64,000 bases of DNA from a virus (taxonomy: Duplodnaviria > Caudoviricetes): the IMG/VR virus record IMGVR_UViG_2731957752_000002, positions 24,025 to 88,024 of that record. One strand, given 5' to 3'. Under the pieces are notes generated by a model. It made no database searches and was not told the DNA's origin. It saw nothing but the letters and a program-made list of their open reading frames with translations. Every line of letters starts with the position of its first letter. The first letter of the stretch is position 1. This document shows positions 1-9,613 of this stretch, in pieces. A program made the translations under genes and the position numbers.

Positions 1-344
1 ACATAGCGACCACACGACCCGTTCGATTTGGTCTTGTAACGCTCACCCGTGACCCGCTCATGAGTGCGGGTTCGGTGCTCACCGGTACCGGTCCAGCCGA
101 CCTTCGGCGCGGCGGGCAAGGGGAGAGCGGCGAGTGCATCCCACCCGGCGTTGGTCAGATAGACACCCCGGATGCGCTTGTCCTCGGCGTGACCCATTTC
201 GATCAGTCGGTTGAGGGTTTGAGCCGAACCGGTGATCGCGCCGGAGTCGTCCACTGTGTCGAGGGCCTTCGCCATCGCGGGTGTTACGGCTGACATAGGG
301 AACTCGCCAGCAGCGCTGAAAAAGCTGGTCGGAATGATGGTCAT
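1..344 (-). CDS. Hypothetical protein, runs off left edge
   Basis: ATG at 344 after GAGGAG RBS; MTIIPTSFF...; appears open to window edge. Confidence 0.55.
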   Translation of the reverse strand, partial: MTIIPTSFFSAAGEFPMSAVTPAMAKALDTVDDSGAITGSAQTLNRLIEMGHAEDKRIRGVYLTNAGWDALAALPLPAAPKVGWTGTGEHRTRTHERVTGERYKTKSNGSCGRY

Positions 345-456
345 CGTGAACTCCTCGGGTTGGACGGTCGGGGCGTGTGGTGGCTGGTTTGTGGGGAGCG
401 TCGTTGATCCGTTCCGCACGCCGTTGTGCGTCAACCAGCCACCACCATTCGGAAAG

Positions 457-657
457 TCAGGCGACGACCGTGACGGGTGCGTCCCAACCGTCGAGATCCC
501 ACGTCGAGCCATCGGCGAACGTGACCTGAACCCAGCAGCCGTGATCGTCGGCGGCTTCGGTGACGTCGGCGACGACACGGCCTTCGACCGCGAGACCGCT
601 GCGGGTGATTCGGTGACCGGCGCGGAGTCGGCTGACGGGGATAGTGGTCGTTCTCAT
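457..657 (-). CDS. Hypothetical protein
   Basis: 66 aa ORF, AAGGA RBS. Confidence 0.65.
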   Translation of the reverse strand: MRTTTIPVSRLRAGHRITRSGLAVEGRVVADVTEAADDHGCWVQVTFADGSTWDLDGWDAPVTVVA

Positions 658-680
658 CGGGGGTAGTCCTTTCGGAATAA

Positions 681-1073
681 TCAGGCCGCGACGAGGTGCG
701 CGGTCCGTGGGTAGGCACGCAGCCCCTCAGTTAAAGACGAGTCGGTGGGGGAGTATGCGAACACCTCGATCGGGCGGTCGTTGCGGACCGTCCACACACG
801 CTGCGGGTCAACGCCGGTGAGCGCGATGTGCGCGGCCTTCACCTTCTTGCCGGCGTGCGACCCGAAGCGCCGCACCAGCTCTTCGTCGGCACCCAGTGTC
901 CGCATGTGGGCGGTGATGGTGACCAGCGCGCCGCGGGTGATGGCTGCGGTGATGTCGGCACCGTTGAGGAACCGGACGACCGCCTGGGCGAGGAGGCGGC
1001 GCACGCGAGCGCGGAGGGCTTTCGCGGTGGCGCGACGCTGGGCGCGGGCTTCGCTGTAGGTGGTGCGGATCAT
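681..1073 (-). CDS. Hypothetical phage protein
   Basis: 130 aa ORF, GAAGGAG RBS, downstream of promoter. Confidence 0.7.
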   Translation of the reverse strand: MIRTTYSEARAQRRATAKALRARVRRLLAQAVVRFLNGADITAAITRGALVTITAHMRTLGADEELVRRFGSHAGKKVKAAHIALTGVDPQRVWTVRNDRPIEVFAYSPTDSSLTEGLRAYPRTAHLVAA

Positions 1074-1111
1074 CGCGGGGCTCCTTCGGTGTGATCTCGG
1101 CTACACGAACT

Positions 1112-1140
1112 ACTGTACGCGTCGCATATAATGAATGCAA
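1112..1140 (-). promoter_or_regulatory. Leftward SigA-like promoter TTGCAT-N17-TACAGT overlapped by TGAATG motif
   Basis: Hexamers read on minus strand. Confidence 0.65.
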
Positions 1141-1172
1141 CAGAATCGCATGAATGAGACATTGCGATTCGG

Positions 1173-1499
1173 CTACCGCTGCTCGTCCATACCCTCCGGC
1201 AGCGACGTCAGGATGTCCCCCAACATCACCGCAAGCGCCGGATCGCTATAGACCCGACCCGATTTCGTGTCCCGGACACAGAACTCCTGCCCATGCCGGT
1301 GTGCGCGCACCAGTACGGCCATGATCAGCATCGCCTGGTTGTACAGGTGCGACTTCGGCAGCCCGGTCAGCTCCGACAGTTCTGACGCATATCGGTGCGT
1401 GTACGGCGACTGCGTGAAGGTCAAGCGCCGTTCAGCGTCTTTGCGGCCGTTGCCGTTCGGTGAGCCGTTGGTGTGTGGGGCGCCTGGGCCCGCGGTCAT
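1173..1499 (-). CDS. Ribbon-helix-helix-like DNA-binding protein, candidate repressor
   Basis: RLTFTQS strand then two helices (ELSELTG / KSHLYNQAM); lies between divergent promoters. Confidence 0.55.
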   Translation of the reverse strand: MTAGPGAPHTNGSPNGNGRKDAERRLTFTQSPYTHRYASELSELTGLPKSHLYNQAMLIMAVLVRAHRHGQEFCVRDTKSGRVYSDPALAVMLGDILTSLPEGMDEQR

Positions 1500-1720
1500 G
1501 GCTGCCTGCCGCTCGGTGAGTGTTCGAGCGTCGATTTGGTGGTCATCTGGGGCCTTCCTGTGATGCGCCAACGCATGCAGAGGGCTGCGGGCGGGGGAGT
1601 GGAGGGCGCGCCGGCCGATCGTGGGCGGCGCTGCTGTCTCTTGACGGTACGTCTCGTGTGCAGTGAATGCAATCGCATGCATGAGATCGAACCGTTACCG
1701 AAGTTTCTCAGCAGTTCCTG

Positions 1721-1750
1721 TTGCGTCTAGTGAGCTGTATCTCATACAGT
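1721..1750 (+). promoter_or_regulatory. Rightward early promoter TTGCGT-N18-TACAGT
   Basis: Hexamers; TGAATG overlaps the -10. Confidence 0.6.
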
Positions 1751-1802
1751 GAATGCAACGAACCGCTCCGGCTGGCACCGGACCAACCCGAAAGCGACAC
1801 CC

Positions 1803-1925
1803 ATGGACGACCGATACGAGTGGATCCCCGTCATCCACGAAACCTGCAACGGACAGGGCTGCCGCGACTGCGGCTTCACTGGCGAACTCACCGTCCGCAT
1901 CAACCTCGACGAGGTGGCGGCATGA
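1803..1925 (+). CDS. Small Cys-rich protein (40 aa)
   Basis: CNGQGCRDC motif; ATGA overlap with next gene. Confidence 0.55.
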   Translation: MDDRYEWIPVIHETCNGQGCRDCGFTGELTVRINLDEVAA

Positions 1926-2233
1926 ACCTCACCACCGTCGTACGTGACGTCCTCAACACCAGCGACTACCGCGTCACCGGCCACATCGGCGCAGACCACC
2001 TGTTCGCCGACGAATGCGACCACTGCAACACCGGGGCCACCGTCCTCATCGAGGCCACCACCAGCCACCAGCGCGGCGCGACCCGCGAAGGCCACATCTA
2101 CTGCGTCGAACACGCCATCAACGCCATCGACACCCTCACCTGGGCCAGCGACGCCGACGAAATCGCCGTCACCATCCCCGCGAACCTCGCCGCCCTCGCG
2201 ACCTTCACCGCCTCCCTCGACATCGCAGCCTGA
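1922..2233 (+). CDS. Hypothetical Zn-binding protein
   Basis: CDHC...CVEH; GAGG RBS. Confidence 0.7.
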   Translation: MNLTTVVRDVLNTSDYRVTGHIGADHLFADECDHCNTGATVLIEATTSHQRGATREGHIYCVEHAINAIDTLTWASDADEIAVTIPANLAALATFTASLDIAA

Positions 2234-2244
2234 AAGGCCACACC

Positions 2245-2610
2245 ATGCGTACCTACACCGAAACCGACGTCCGCCGCATGCTCGGCCTGCCCGCGAAGGA
2301 CCCACGCGTCGACTTCGAGAACGACTGGAACGGAAGCGAATTCAAAGACGCCGAGTGCGTCGTTGACAAGTGTCCTCACGTCAGCGCCGCCGTGTTTCTC
2401 GACTGGACCCGCCCCGGCTTCGACCCCGACACCGACCGGCCCAACCAACTCAACCTTGAGCAGTGGGCTCTGTGCTGGGAGCACGCTCGCGCCGACATCG
2501 CCGAAGCGCTCGACGAGACTGAGCCGTTCGCGCATGACGACGACGTTTACATCAAGGTCGTCGTCAACGGTTGGTACCTGGTGTACGGGCTCGGGCAGGT
2601 GGCGGCATGA
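2245..2610 (+). CDS. Hypothetical Zn-binding protein
   Basis: CVVDKC...CWEH; GAAAGG RBS. Confidence 0.7.
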   Translation: MRTYTETDVRRMLGLPAKDPRVDFENDWNGSEFKDAECVVDKCPHVSAAVFLDWTRPGFDPDTDRPNQLNLEQWALCWEHARADIAEALDETEPFAHDDDVYIKVVVNGWYLVYGLGQVAA

Positions 2611-3071
2611 GCGCCCGCATGTCCGGCGACGAGTACATGGAACTGCTGAAACAGCGTTCAGACGAATGGATGGCCTCACACTCGACCGTCCGGCCGAAGT
2701 TTCCGCCGCTGCTGACGTGGTTCATCCAGGACGGCGACGAAGACTTGGTTGACCCAGCCATCCTGGCCGCCCCCGAACCGAAGCCGAAGCCGGTTCGCCG
2801 TCCCCGCTACTACCGGCCCGCGTCGTACTGGCGGGACCAGATCGCCGAGATTGAAGCACGGATGGCACCGCTCACTGCGCCGCTGATCAACGACCGCGCG
2901 GCAGCTGGCGGAGTCGGTCTCGGCCCCAAGCGGACAGCCCGCATTCAGGCCAGGGAAGACGGCCGATTGCGGCGATACGTCGCCCTGCAAAAGCAGCTGG
3001 AGCACGCGAAACACATGTTGCGGAGCGCAGAGGTACGAGAGGCGCGCGCAGCAGGGAAGGCGGTGGCGTGA
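2607..3071 (+). CDS. Hypothetical phage protein
   Basis: ATGA coupling, codon bias. Confidence 0.7.
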   Translation: MSARMSGDEYMELLKQRSDEWMASHSTVRPKFPPLLTWFIQDGDEDLVDPAILAAPEPKPKPVRRPRYYRPASYWRDQIAEIEARMAPLTAPLINDRAAAGGVGLGPKRTARIQAREDGRLRRYVALQKQLEHAKHMLRSAEVREARAAGKAVA

Positions 3072-3310
3072 TGATCACCCGGCATCCGGCAGGCCGCCCC
3101 GTCACCTACTACGGGGAGGAACCGATCACCGACCACGACGGGTACGCCGTCGAGGTCGCGGGGGAGGAAGGCACCGAATGGTGCCGCCTGCGCATCGCAA
3201 CCGCGGTCGGGAGCCGCGTCCGTATCTCGGCTGAGCTCAACGAATCCGACGTCCGCGAGACCATCGCCCGCCTCGCCGCGTGGCTCGAAGATCACCAGGA
3301 GCAGAAGTGA
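3068..3310 (+). CDS. Hypothetical protein
   Basis: Coupled ORF. Confidence 0.65.
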   Translation: MMITRHPAGRPVTYYGEEPITDHDGYAVEVAGEEGTEWCRLRIATAVGSRVRISAELNESDVRETIARLAAWLEDHQEQK

Positions 3311-3504
3311 ACCCCAACGACATGTGGGATCCCGAGTTGGAAGCGCTCGCGCTCGTCATCTTCGGCGCCATCCACCGCAACGAAATCGGCACCGACCCCG
3401 CCGACGTTCGCGCCGAATGGCACGTCATCGGCCACAAAGAGCAAGCCAACTACATTGCCGGCGCGGTCGCCGCGTGTGCTCACGCACTGGAGGTCCAGCG
3501 GTGA
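3307..3504 (+). CDS. Hypothetical protein
   Basis: GTGA overlap, AGGAG RBS. Confidence 0.6.
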   Translation: MNPNDMWDPELEALALVIFGAIHRNEIGTDPADVRAEWHVIGHKEQANYIAGAVAACAHALEVQR

Positions 3505-3662
3505 CCGATTGCAGGCACGAGCAGCAGGCCGCCGCAAGGTTCGCTCGCGCGGCTGACGAACTCCGCGCTATCGAGCACGACCTCCGGTGGAACAACCACG
3601 GTCAAGCCGCAGCCCAAATCGCCGCGCTCGCCGACCGATTCGAGAAAGACATCCAGCGATGA
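3501..3662 (+). CDS. Hypothetical protein
   Basis: GGAGG RBS, GTGA overlap. Confidence 0.55.
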   Translation: MTDCRHEQQAAARFARAADELRAIEHDLRWNNHGQAAAQIAALADRFEKDIQR

Positions 3663-4183
3663 CCGAGCAAAGAAGCATCAAGTACGCGATCCGGCAGCCA
3701 GACGGACGCCTCGTCTACGACTACCCCGGCAACGACCCCGAAGACGGCGTAGCGATGTGGATTTCGGCGAGCGAACGCGCCTACGTGTGGGACACGCTGG
3801 AAGAAGCCGAACAAGCACGCCGGGTGATCATCGAATACATCTCCCGACTGGGGTTCGGGCTCGCCTACGCGTTTCGTGCGCACTCACAGGTGACTCCGTT
3901 GCGGATCGTCACAACAGTTGAATTGCTCAGGTTGGAGGAAGTAGACGACCCGAAGGCAGATGCCGAAGTCGCAGACGTGACGGAACTGCGCACGTGGCCA
4001 CGAGCCGAGGACGTGCCAATGGGTGTGAAGTTCAAAGGCATCGGCGAAGCCAGCATATACGTGTGGCAGCGCAGTGAAGATATCCGATTCGCGGTATCGA
4101 CTACGCCCGAAAACCCATCCGCGGAATACCTTTACGAGCTGGACATCGCATACCCCGACGGTTTCGTGGAGGTACTGCCGTGA
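3659..4183 (+). CDS. Hypothetical protein
   Basis: Coupled ORF. Confidence 0.7.
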   Translation: MTEQRSIKYAIRQPDGRLVYDYPGNDPEDGVAMWISASERAYVWDTLEEAEQARRVIIEYISRLGFGLAYAFRAHSQVTPLRIVTTVELLRLEEVDDPKADAEVADVTELRTWPRAEDVPMGVKFKGIGEASIYVWQRSEDIRFAVSTTPENPSAEYLYELDIAYPDGFVEVLP

Positions 4184-4371
4184 ACAAGCCGTTCGTGTAC
4201 CGCACACCTATTGGAGAGTGGGCCGTATCCCGCCCCACCGGACGCGACGAGTGGGAATGCGTCGCCACCTTCCCGGCATGGCAAAACGCGTTCAGCTACG
4301 CGCTTCGGCAAGCGACCAGCGACCGCGAGCGCTACCAGCCGTGGTGGCCGCCGAAGCGAGTTGCAGCATGA
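4180..4371 (+). CDS. Hypothetical protein
   Basis: GGAGG RBS, coupled. Confidence 0.65.
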   Translation: MNKPFVYRTPIGEWAVSRPTGRDEWECVATFPAWQNAFSYALRQATSDRERYQPWWPPKRVAA

Positions 4372-4619
4372 GCGCCCCGAAGCCTGGTGACCTGGTCGTC
4401 TGGTACGTGCCAATGCCGCCAGTCCGCTCCTACACGCAACCGGTCCAGCATCTCGTCGAAGCCATCGCAGTCCTCGACCACATCCGCCTCGTCCAAACCG
4501 GTAGGCCGACACAAATAGGCGTCTCCCGGTGGGAACCCGACGGCGACGGCGAGTTCGAGTGGACCGAAGTCGAAGCCCACGAACTCGATGAAGTGAAAGT
4601 GGCACTCGCCGCGCAATAG
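4368..4619 (+). CDS. Hypothetical protein
   Basis: Coupled ORF; VVWYVP...IGVSRWEPDG. Confidence 0.6.
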   Translation: MSAPKPGDLVVWYVPMPPVRSYTQPVQHLVEAIAVLDHIRLVQTGRPTQIGVSRWEPDGDGEFEWTEVEAHELDEVKVALAAQ

Positions 4620-4753
4620 ACCTCCCAGCTCGCCGCCGCGACCCACGAGAAACGCGCGCTCGACGGCCAGCACAGGAGGAGGGCGGCGGCCCGAGATCGA
4701 CCCGCAATCTCTCGGGCCGCCAGCCCTACCAAGCCTCAACCAGGAGAACCGAA

Positions 4754-5131
4754 ATGCCCGACACCATCCCCCTCATGCGTAAGGTGCTCGACCACCTCAC
4801 CCAGAACCCCAAAGACCACGACCAAAGCAAGTGGCGGAAATGCGTTGCCGGATGGGTGATCCAGATCCACGGCGAGTACGGATTCCTCTACGACGACCGC
4901 CCCTACGCCGATGCGTCCGAAGTGATCGACTTCCGCACCGGCGAAACCAGCAACACCGAAGACGTCGCCGCCCGACTCCTCGGACTCGACCCGAACGAAG
5001 CCGCCGGCATGTTCGGTGTCCCGGAGCGCGACGCTCTCGACTGGCTCAGCGACCTCATCGCCGCCCACGACTCGAAGGTCCTCGACGCGCTCGCTGCCGA
5101 CCTCGACGGGCGGGAGATCCGCCATGCCTGA
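4754..5131 (+). CDS. Hypothetical phage protein
   Basis: AGGAG RBS; HDQSKW..CVAGW motif. Confidence 0.75.
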   Translation: MPDTIPLMRKVLDHLTQNPKDHDQSKWRKCVAGWVIQIHGEYGFLYDDRPYADASEVIDFRTGETSNTEDVAARLLGLDPNEAAGMFGVPERDALDWLSDLIAAHDSKVLDALAADLDGREIRHA

Positions 5132-5537
5132 CCGCGACACCCTGGCCGACATCGTTCGCCAGCACGTCTCCTACGACCACCAGCAAGCCACCGTTGACGC
5201 CATCCTCGCCGCAGGCTGGCAGCCACCCGCACGAGTCATCGAATCCGTGGACGAACTCGACAGGCTCCAGTCCGCTCAAGCGCTCACCGACGCCCGCGAT
5301 CGCTGGGAATCCGTGGTGCCAGCAGTCATCGAGGACGCCCGCGGGCACATCTACGAACGCGACGTCGACAACGTCGAGTCGGAACTCTCTGGTGGCCTGC
5401 CGCACGCGGGTTGGTGGAAGACCGGCACCGACAACGAGGACTACGACAGTTCCACGATCCCGCTGCCCGTGAAGGTTCTGCGGCGTCCGCTGCATGGAGG
5501 AGAGGAGATCACCGATGACGAACGATCGAATTGGTGA
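5124..5537 (+). CDS. Hypothetical protein, AAGWxPP family
   Basis: Motif shared with 5999 and 6686 genes. Confidence 0.7.
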   Translation: MPDRDTLADIVRQHVSYDHQQATVDAILAAGWQPPARVIESVDELDRLQSAQALTDARDRWESVVPAVIEDARGHIYERDVDNVESELSGGLPHAGWWKTGTDNEDYDSSTIPLPVKVLRRPLHGGEEITDDERSNW

Positions 5538-6006
5538 ACTGGAAGCCGAAGTCGAACGACTCCGTAATGGCGGCAAAGACCGCGGCGAAATGATCCGGCG
5601 CCTCAACGCAATCGCGTTGGACGCGACCGGACTTCACGACGCCATCAACGCGGACGGCGACGGGGACTGGGCTGCGGTGTGGGAGAACGTCAGCGACCTC
5701 GGCGCCAACCTCAAACGTGCGCGCGCCCGCGTCGCCAAGTTGGAGGAGCAGGTTGAAGCCGTGGCGGGCGAAAAGTGGCAGGCGGTGCTGATCATCCGTG
5801 AACAAGCGCACCGTGTCGATGAGCTGGAGGAGTTCGTCACCGACCTCGCTCGTCACGGTCTGCGGTTCGACACCACACCGACGATGCTCTCCTACGAGCC
5901 GACCCAGCTGTACATCAAGCTGACTGGCTACCTGCAAGACGCCGACCGGCGTATCCGCGAACGCGCCCGCGCACTGATCGCTGCGGATGTGAATACCGAT
6001 GTCTGA
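5515..6006 (+). CDS. Coiled-coil hypothetical protein
   Basis: Heptad-rich ORF, GAGGAG RBS. Confidence 0.7.
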   Translation: MTNDRIGELEAEVERLRNGGKDRGEMIRRLNAIALDATGLHDAINADGDGDWAAVWENVSDLGANLKRARARVAKLEEQVEAVAGEKWQAVLIIREQAHRVDELEEFVTDLARHGLRFDTTPTMLSYEPTQLYIKLTGYLQDADRRIRERARALIAADVNTDV

Positions 6007-6313
6007 CAGTTCGATCCGCAAGAATCTTGCGCGCGTGATGGCGGAATCGACCGACAGGCAGGCCCGTGAAATCGGCGGAGCCAGCTGGAACGAGACCGCG
6101 GCAGATGTCATCGCGGCCGGTTGGCGTCCACCCGCCAGCGTGGTCACTGACGCCGAGGCCGGCGAGCTTCCCAATGGGTCGGTGATCCTGCGCAACGGCA
6201 AGGCTTGGCAGCGCGACGGCTGGTGGTGGCACGCCGGTACCTCGACCAGCTGGGACCGGCCGTATGGGTCCGGCCCGATCACCGTCCTGCACATCCCCAC
6301 CGAGGAGGCGTGA
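5999..6313 (+). CDS. Hypothetical protein, AAGWxPP family
   Basis: Shared motif. Confidence 0.7.
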   Translation: MSDSSIRKNLARVMAESTDRQAREIGGASWNETAADVIAAGWRPPASVVTDAEAGELPNGSVILRNGKAWQRDGWWWHAGTSTSWDRPYGSGPITVLHIPTEEA

Positions 6314-6693
6314 TGGGCCACACGATCATCAAACCGATTCGCGACGAGGACTTCTACGTCGTCTACTCGTCTGTCGTGGATGCGCCGATCCAGTGCGGCA
6401 CTCGCGCAGAGCTGGAGGCCACCTACGAGCACGCCGCAGCGGACCGGTTCGCCCGCGCGGACGAGCATGGCACGTCCTCGATGCATGGCTGGGATGGATG
6501 GGATCAGCAGACCATCACGGTGCGTGAAGGCTTTCGACCGGGCGCGTACCCGGCGAATGCCTGGTGCGCGAAAGTCGCACGTGCGGACCTCCGCAAATTC
6601 TGCGAATCCGTTGATGCCGACGGCTACTGGAACCCGCCCGAGGGGCTCATTACCTGGGACCTCTTCGACGAGGAGGGCGACGACGATGTGTGA
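6313..6693 (+). CDS. Hypothetical protein
   Basis: GAGGAGG RBS, TGATG overlap. Confidence 0.7.
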   Translation: MGHTIIKPIRDEDFYVVYSSVVDAPIQCGTRAELEATYEHAAADRFARADEHGTSSMHGWDGWDQQTITVREGFRPGAYPANAWCAKVARADLRKFCESVDADGYWNPPEGLITWDLFDEEGDDDV

Positions 6694-7069
6694 CCGCGAC
6701 ACCCTGGCCGAGTTGATCAACCTCCATCAACCAGCCGCTCGGGGGTTCTGGTGTTCGTGCGGGGAAGCGCTCGACTGCCATATCGACCAGCACCGCGCGG
6801 CCGTGGTGATCGCCGCAGGTTGGCGTCCACCCGCACGCCGCATCGAGACTCCCGCGGAGTTGGACGCGTTGCCGGAAGGTGCAGTCGTGCGCACCGCCGA
6901 AGGGCGGATCGCGGAGAAGACCTGCCACTACGGCGCCGCCGATCGTCACGGGTTTCGGTCCGACTGGGCGGAGACGCAGGACGACGACATCCCCATCGGC
7001 ACTGACGAACTCGACGACCTGCCCGCCATCGTGCTGTGGGAACCCGAGGAGGTGACCAGCGGTGAATAA
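6686..7069 (+). CDS. Hypothetical protein, AAGWxPP family
   Basis: Shared motif plus CSCG. Confidence 0.7.
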   Translation: MCDRDTLAELINLHQPAARGFWCSCGEALDCHIDQHRAAVVIAAGWRPPARRIETPAELDALPEGAVVRTAEGRIAEKTCHYGAADRHGFRSDWAETQDDDIPIGTDELDDLPAIVLWEPEEVTSGE

Positions 7070-7676
7070 CTACGAAGACTCCTACCGTGACTTTCTCGCC
7101 TACGCCGCTAGGCACGAGATGACTGTTCTGCACGATGACGGCCTGTACCGGCACATCCAGTTCGGGGCGCGCGGCAGTGTCGGCTGGTTTGAACTCGTCA
7201 CCTGGCCTGGATATTTGGCGATCACCGGCGATTTCTATTCGTTCACGTTCGCGCGCATCTCGGACATGTTCGAGTTCTTCTCGGCATCCGGCATGGAGCG
7301 CATCAATCCTGGCTACTGGGCGGAGAAGCTGGTAGCCCGAGGAACGGACATCGAGGCGGTATCGGCAGAGAAGTTCACCACCGAGGTGGTCCGCTACTTC
7401 TGGGAGCGTCGCGAAGACTGGATCGGCGAGAACGCTGCACTGTTCCACGAGATCCGTGAGGACGTTCTCAGCCATGCCGGCCACGGTTCGGAGCGGTTTG
7501 CGCTCGACGACTTCCGTTACTGGTTCGACGACGGCACCCCGTTCACCTTCGAGGACTCGTGGGAATGGGACCTCAACGACTGGTCCATCCACTACCTGCG
7601 TGCCTGCCACGCCATCGTCTGGGGCATCAACAAATACCGCGCCGCCGCGGTCGAAATCACAGGAGCAGCAGCATGA
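7062..7676 (+). CDS. Conserved phage protein of unknown function
   Basis: HDDGLYRH...TWPGYL...DMFEFF...INPGYWAEK pattern recalled from diverse phages. Confidence 0.75.
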   Translation: MNNYEDSYRDFLAYAARHEMTVLHDDGLYRHIQFGARGSVGWFELVTWPGYLAITGDFYSFTFARISDMFEFFSASGMERINPGYWAEKLVARGTDIEAVSAEKFTTEVVRYFWERREDWIGENAALFHEIREDVLSHAGHGSERFALDDFRYWFDDGTPFTFEDSWEWDLNDWSIHYLRACHAIVWGINKYRAAAVEITGAAA

Positions 7677-7951
7677 GTTACATCGGCGGATACGGCAGCC
7701 GCATGTACGAGCGGCTTGAAGACCTCAGCGAACACGCCGACTGGATCGGCCGCAGCAGTAGCGGATACGACGACGCCATCAAACAGTACGTCGAAGCCTT
7801 ACACACGGCCGCGAAAATCCGTGCCGCCGAACACCCAACCGTCACCAAGCCAGCCGAAGACCAGGCGCGCGGCCGACGCGTCGTCCCGATGCAACGCGGC
7901 ATCGGACGCCGGTCCGCAGGCCGTCCACGCCGCGGCGCCCGAGCCGCATAA
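7673..7951 (+). CDS. Hypothetical protein
   Basis: Coupled ORF. Confidence 0.6.
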   Translation: MSYIGGYGSRMYERLEDLSEHADWIGRSSSGYDDAIKQYVEALHTAAKIRAAEHPTVTKPAEDQARGRRVVPMQRGIGRRSAGRPRRGARAA

Positions 7952-7972
7952 CCAACCCCCGAGGTGAAGTAG

Positions 7973-8161
7973 TTGATCACGACCGAAACCGACGCCACAA
8001 TCAAGCTCGAAGTCGCCGAAGGGAAGAGCGGCGCGAAATACGCGCTGCTCACCGTCGAGAACCACGCTGGCCGGATCGTCGTCGCACTCGACCGCGACCA
8101 AGTCCGAACCCACGTCGGCGACAGCGTCGAAGTCTGGGCCGAACTGGGCCAGTCCAGCTGA
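7973..8161 (+). CDS. Hypothetical protein
   Basis: GAGGTG RBS, TTG start. Confidence 0.55.
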   Translation: MITTETDATIKLEVAEGKSGAKYALLTVENHAGRIVVALDRDQVRTHVGDSVEVWAELGQSS

Positions 8162-8183
8162 CAACTGAACACAGCAAACCCTG

Positions 8184-8211
8184 ACGGGGCGGGAGAAATC
8201 CCGCCCCGTTT
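8184..8211 (+). terminator. Intrinsic terminator-like hairpin
   Basis: ACGGGGCGGGA-GAAA-TCCCGCCCCGT then TT. Confidence 0.7.
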
Positions 8212-8476
8212 GCTATCTCCAGCATTGTGTGCGCATACAGTGAATGATATTGTTTCCAGTGAACTCGACATTACCGCAAACCGGCAGCAAGACGACGAAA
8301 CCATCGCCGACGCAAGCGAAAACCACTGCCACAAGCGCGAATACAATCCCCGATCTGGAGCACCCCATGAACAGCCTCAAACCCCACCCGCTCCTCACCC
8401 TCCTCGGCGTCCTCGCCGCAATCCCCATCCTCGCCATCGGCATCCTCATCGCCCCCATCATCGCGGCGGCCAAGCA

Positions 8477-8818
8477 GTGAGGCAGCTACCACCATCACCC
8501 TTCAAAGACGCGCCCTGCACGTCCGAAGAGTCGCGGGAATGGATGCGCCAGCACCGCGGCGCCTCCCAATGGGACTTTCGCATCGACGGCGAATCCGACT
8601 TCGCTGCGAAAGAGCGTCGGCTCCGGTCCCAACAGCTGTGCGGCTCATGCCCGGCCAAGGCGAAGACCGCATGCGCGAAGATCCACGCCGACTTGGTAAC
8701 CGAGTATTCGACGTCGATCCCCGGCATATGGGCGGGCCGCATCTGGCGCGACGGCGACGACAGCCCCAAGACCCCTAACGTGATCCCGCTCTACACGCAC
8801 GACGACCTCGCCGCCTAA
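8477..8818 (+). CDS. whiB: WhiB-family transcription factor
   Basis: C...CGSC...C and GIWAG turn. Confidence 0.8.
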   Translation: MRQLPPSPFKDAPCTSEESREWMRQHRGASQWDFRIDGESDFAAKERRLRSQQLCGSCPAKAKTACAKIHADLVTEYSTSIPGIWAGRIWRDGDDSPKTPNVIPLYTHDDLAA

Positions 8819-8839
8819 CCGTCCGAGGAGGACTCACTC

Positions 8840-9004
8840 ATGGCTGACAACCAGCCGATCGACCCTCGGGAACCGAAAGGTGTTCTGCGGGGTCTGCAAC
8901 ACAAGCCGATGTACGAGGGCACCGTCTCGCACTCGGAGGTCGCGAAGCGGCGCACCAAGAACAAGGCCGCCCGCAAAGCGCGGAAGCAGCAACGACGTGG
9001 CTGA
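8840..9004 (+). CDS. Small basic protein (54 aa)
   Basis: GAGGAGG RBS; YEGTV...KRRTKNKAARKARK. Confidence 0.65.
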   Translation: MADNQPIDPREPKGVLRGLQHKPMYEGTVSHSEVAKRRTKNKAARKARKQQRRG

Positions 9005-9383
9005 ACGATCATGGCGCGGCCTGGCGCCCGACCTCCGTGACGGATGCGTGTTCTGCGACCGCATCGCCGCAGAAGACTACGAATACGAATACGCCGACAC
9101 CGTCGTCCGGTTCACACCCCTCAACCCAGTCACGCCCGGACACATGCTGTTCCTGCCCGCCTGGCACGCCGAACACCCACACGCCGAAGCAGTCCGAGTG
9201 TCGATGAGCTACGCCGCGACGTACGCCAACAGCCAGGGCGAGGACTTCAACCTCATCACCTCCAGCGGACCAGCAGCCACTCAATCTGTCGCGCATATTC
9301 ACTGCCACTACGTTCCGCGGCGACCGGGTGACGGCCTGCACCTGCCGTGGACCGGTCAGAAGAAACCGAGGGCCGCCGCATGA
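8997..9383 (+). CDS. HIT-family nucleotide hydrolase
   Basis: CVFC, PVTPGH, HIHCH histidine triad. Confidence 0.9.
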   Translation: MAERSWRGLAPDLRDGCVFCDRIAAEDYEYEYADTVVRFTPLNPVTPGHMLFLPAWHAEHPHAEAVRVSMSYAATYANSQGEDFNLITSSGPAATQSVAHIHCHYVPRRPGDGLHLPWTGQKKPRAAA

Positions 9384-9613
9384 CCGCCGCGACCCGGCTC
9401 CGCCGCGCCCGCAAGGCGTACCGGTGCGACACCTGCGCACTCCGCAGCATCAAAACCGGCCAACAGTACCTGGAGGGCACCATCTTCCCAGGGCATGACT
9501 CGGGTCTGGCAGACACGGTAGGGCATCCGGTGCGTCTCCGCGAATGCTTCGTATGCGCCGAGCGGTACGGACGCGACCACCTGTTCACAGACGACGAATG
9601 GCGGTGCCGATGA
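9380..9613 (+). CDS. Small zinc-finger protein
   Basis: RARKAYRCDTC...CFVC. Confidence 0.7.
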   Translation: MTAATRLRRARKAYRCDTCALRSIKTGQQYLEGTIFPGHDSGLADTVGHPVRLRECFVCAERYGRDHLFTDDEWRCR

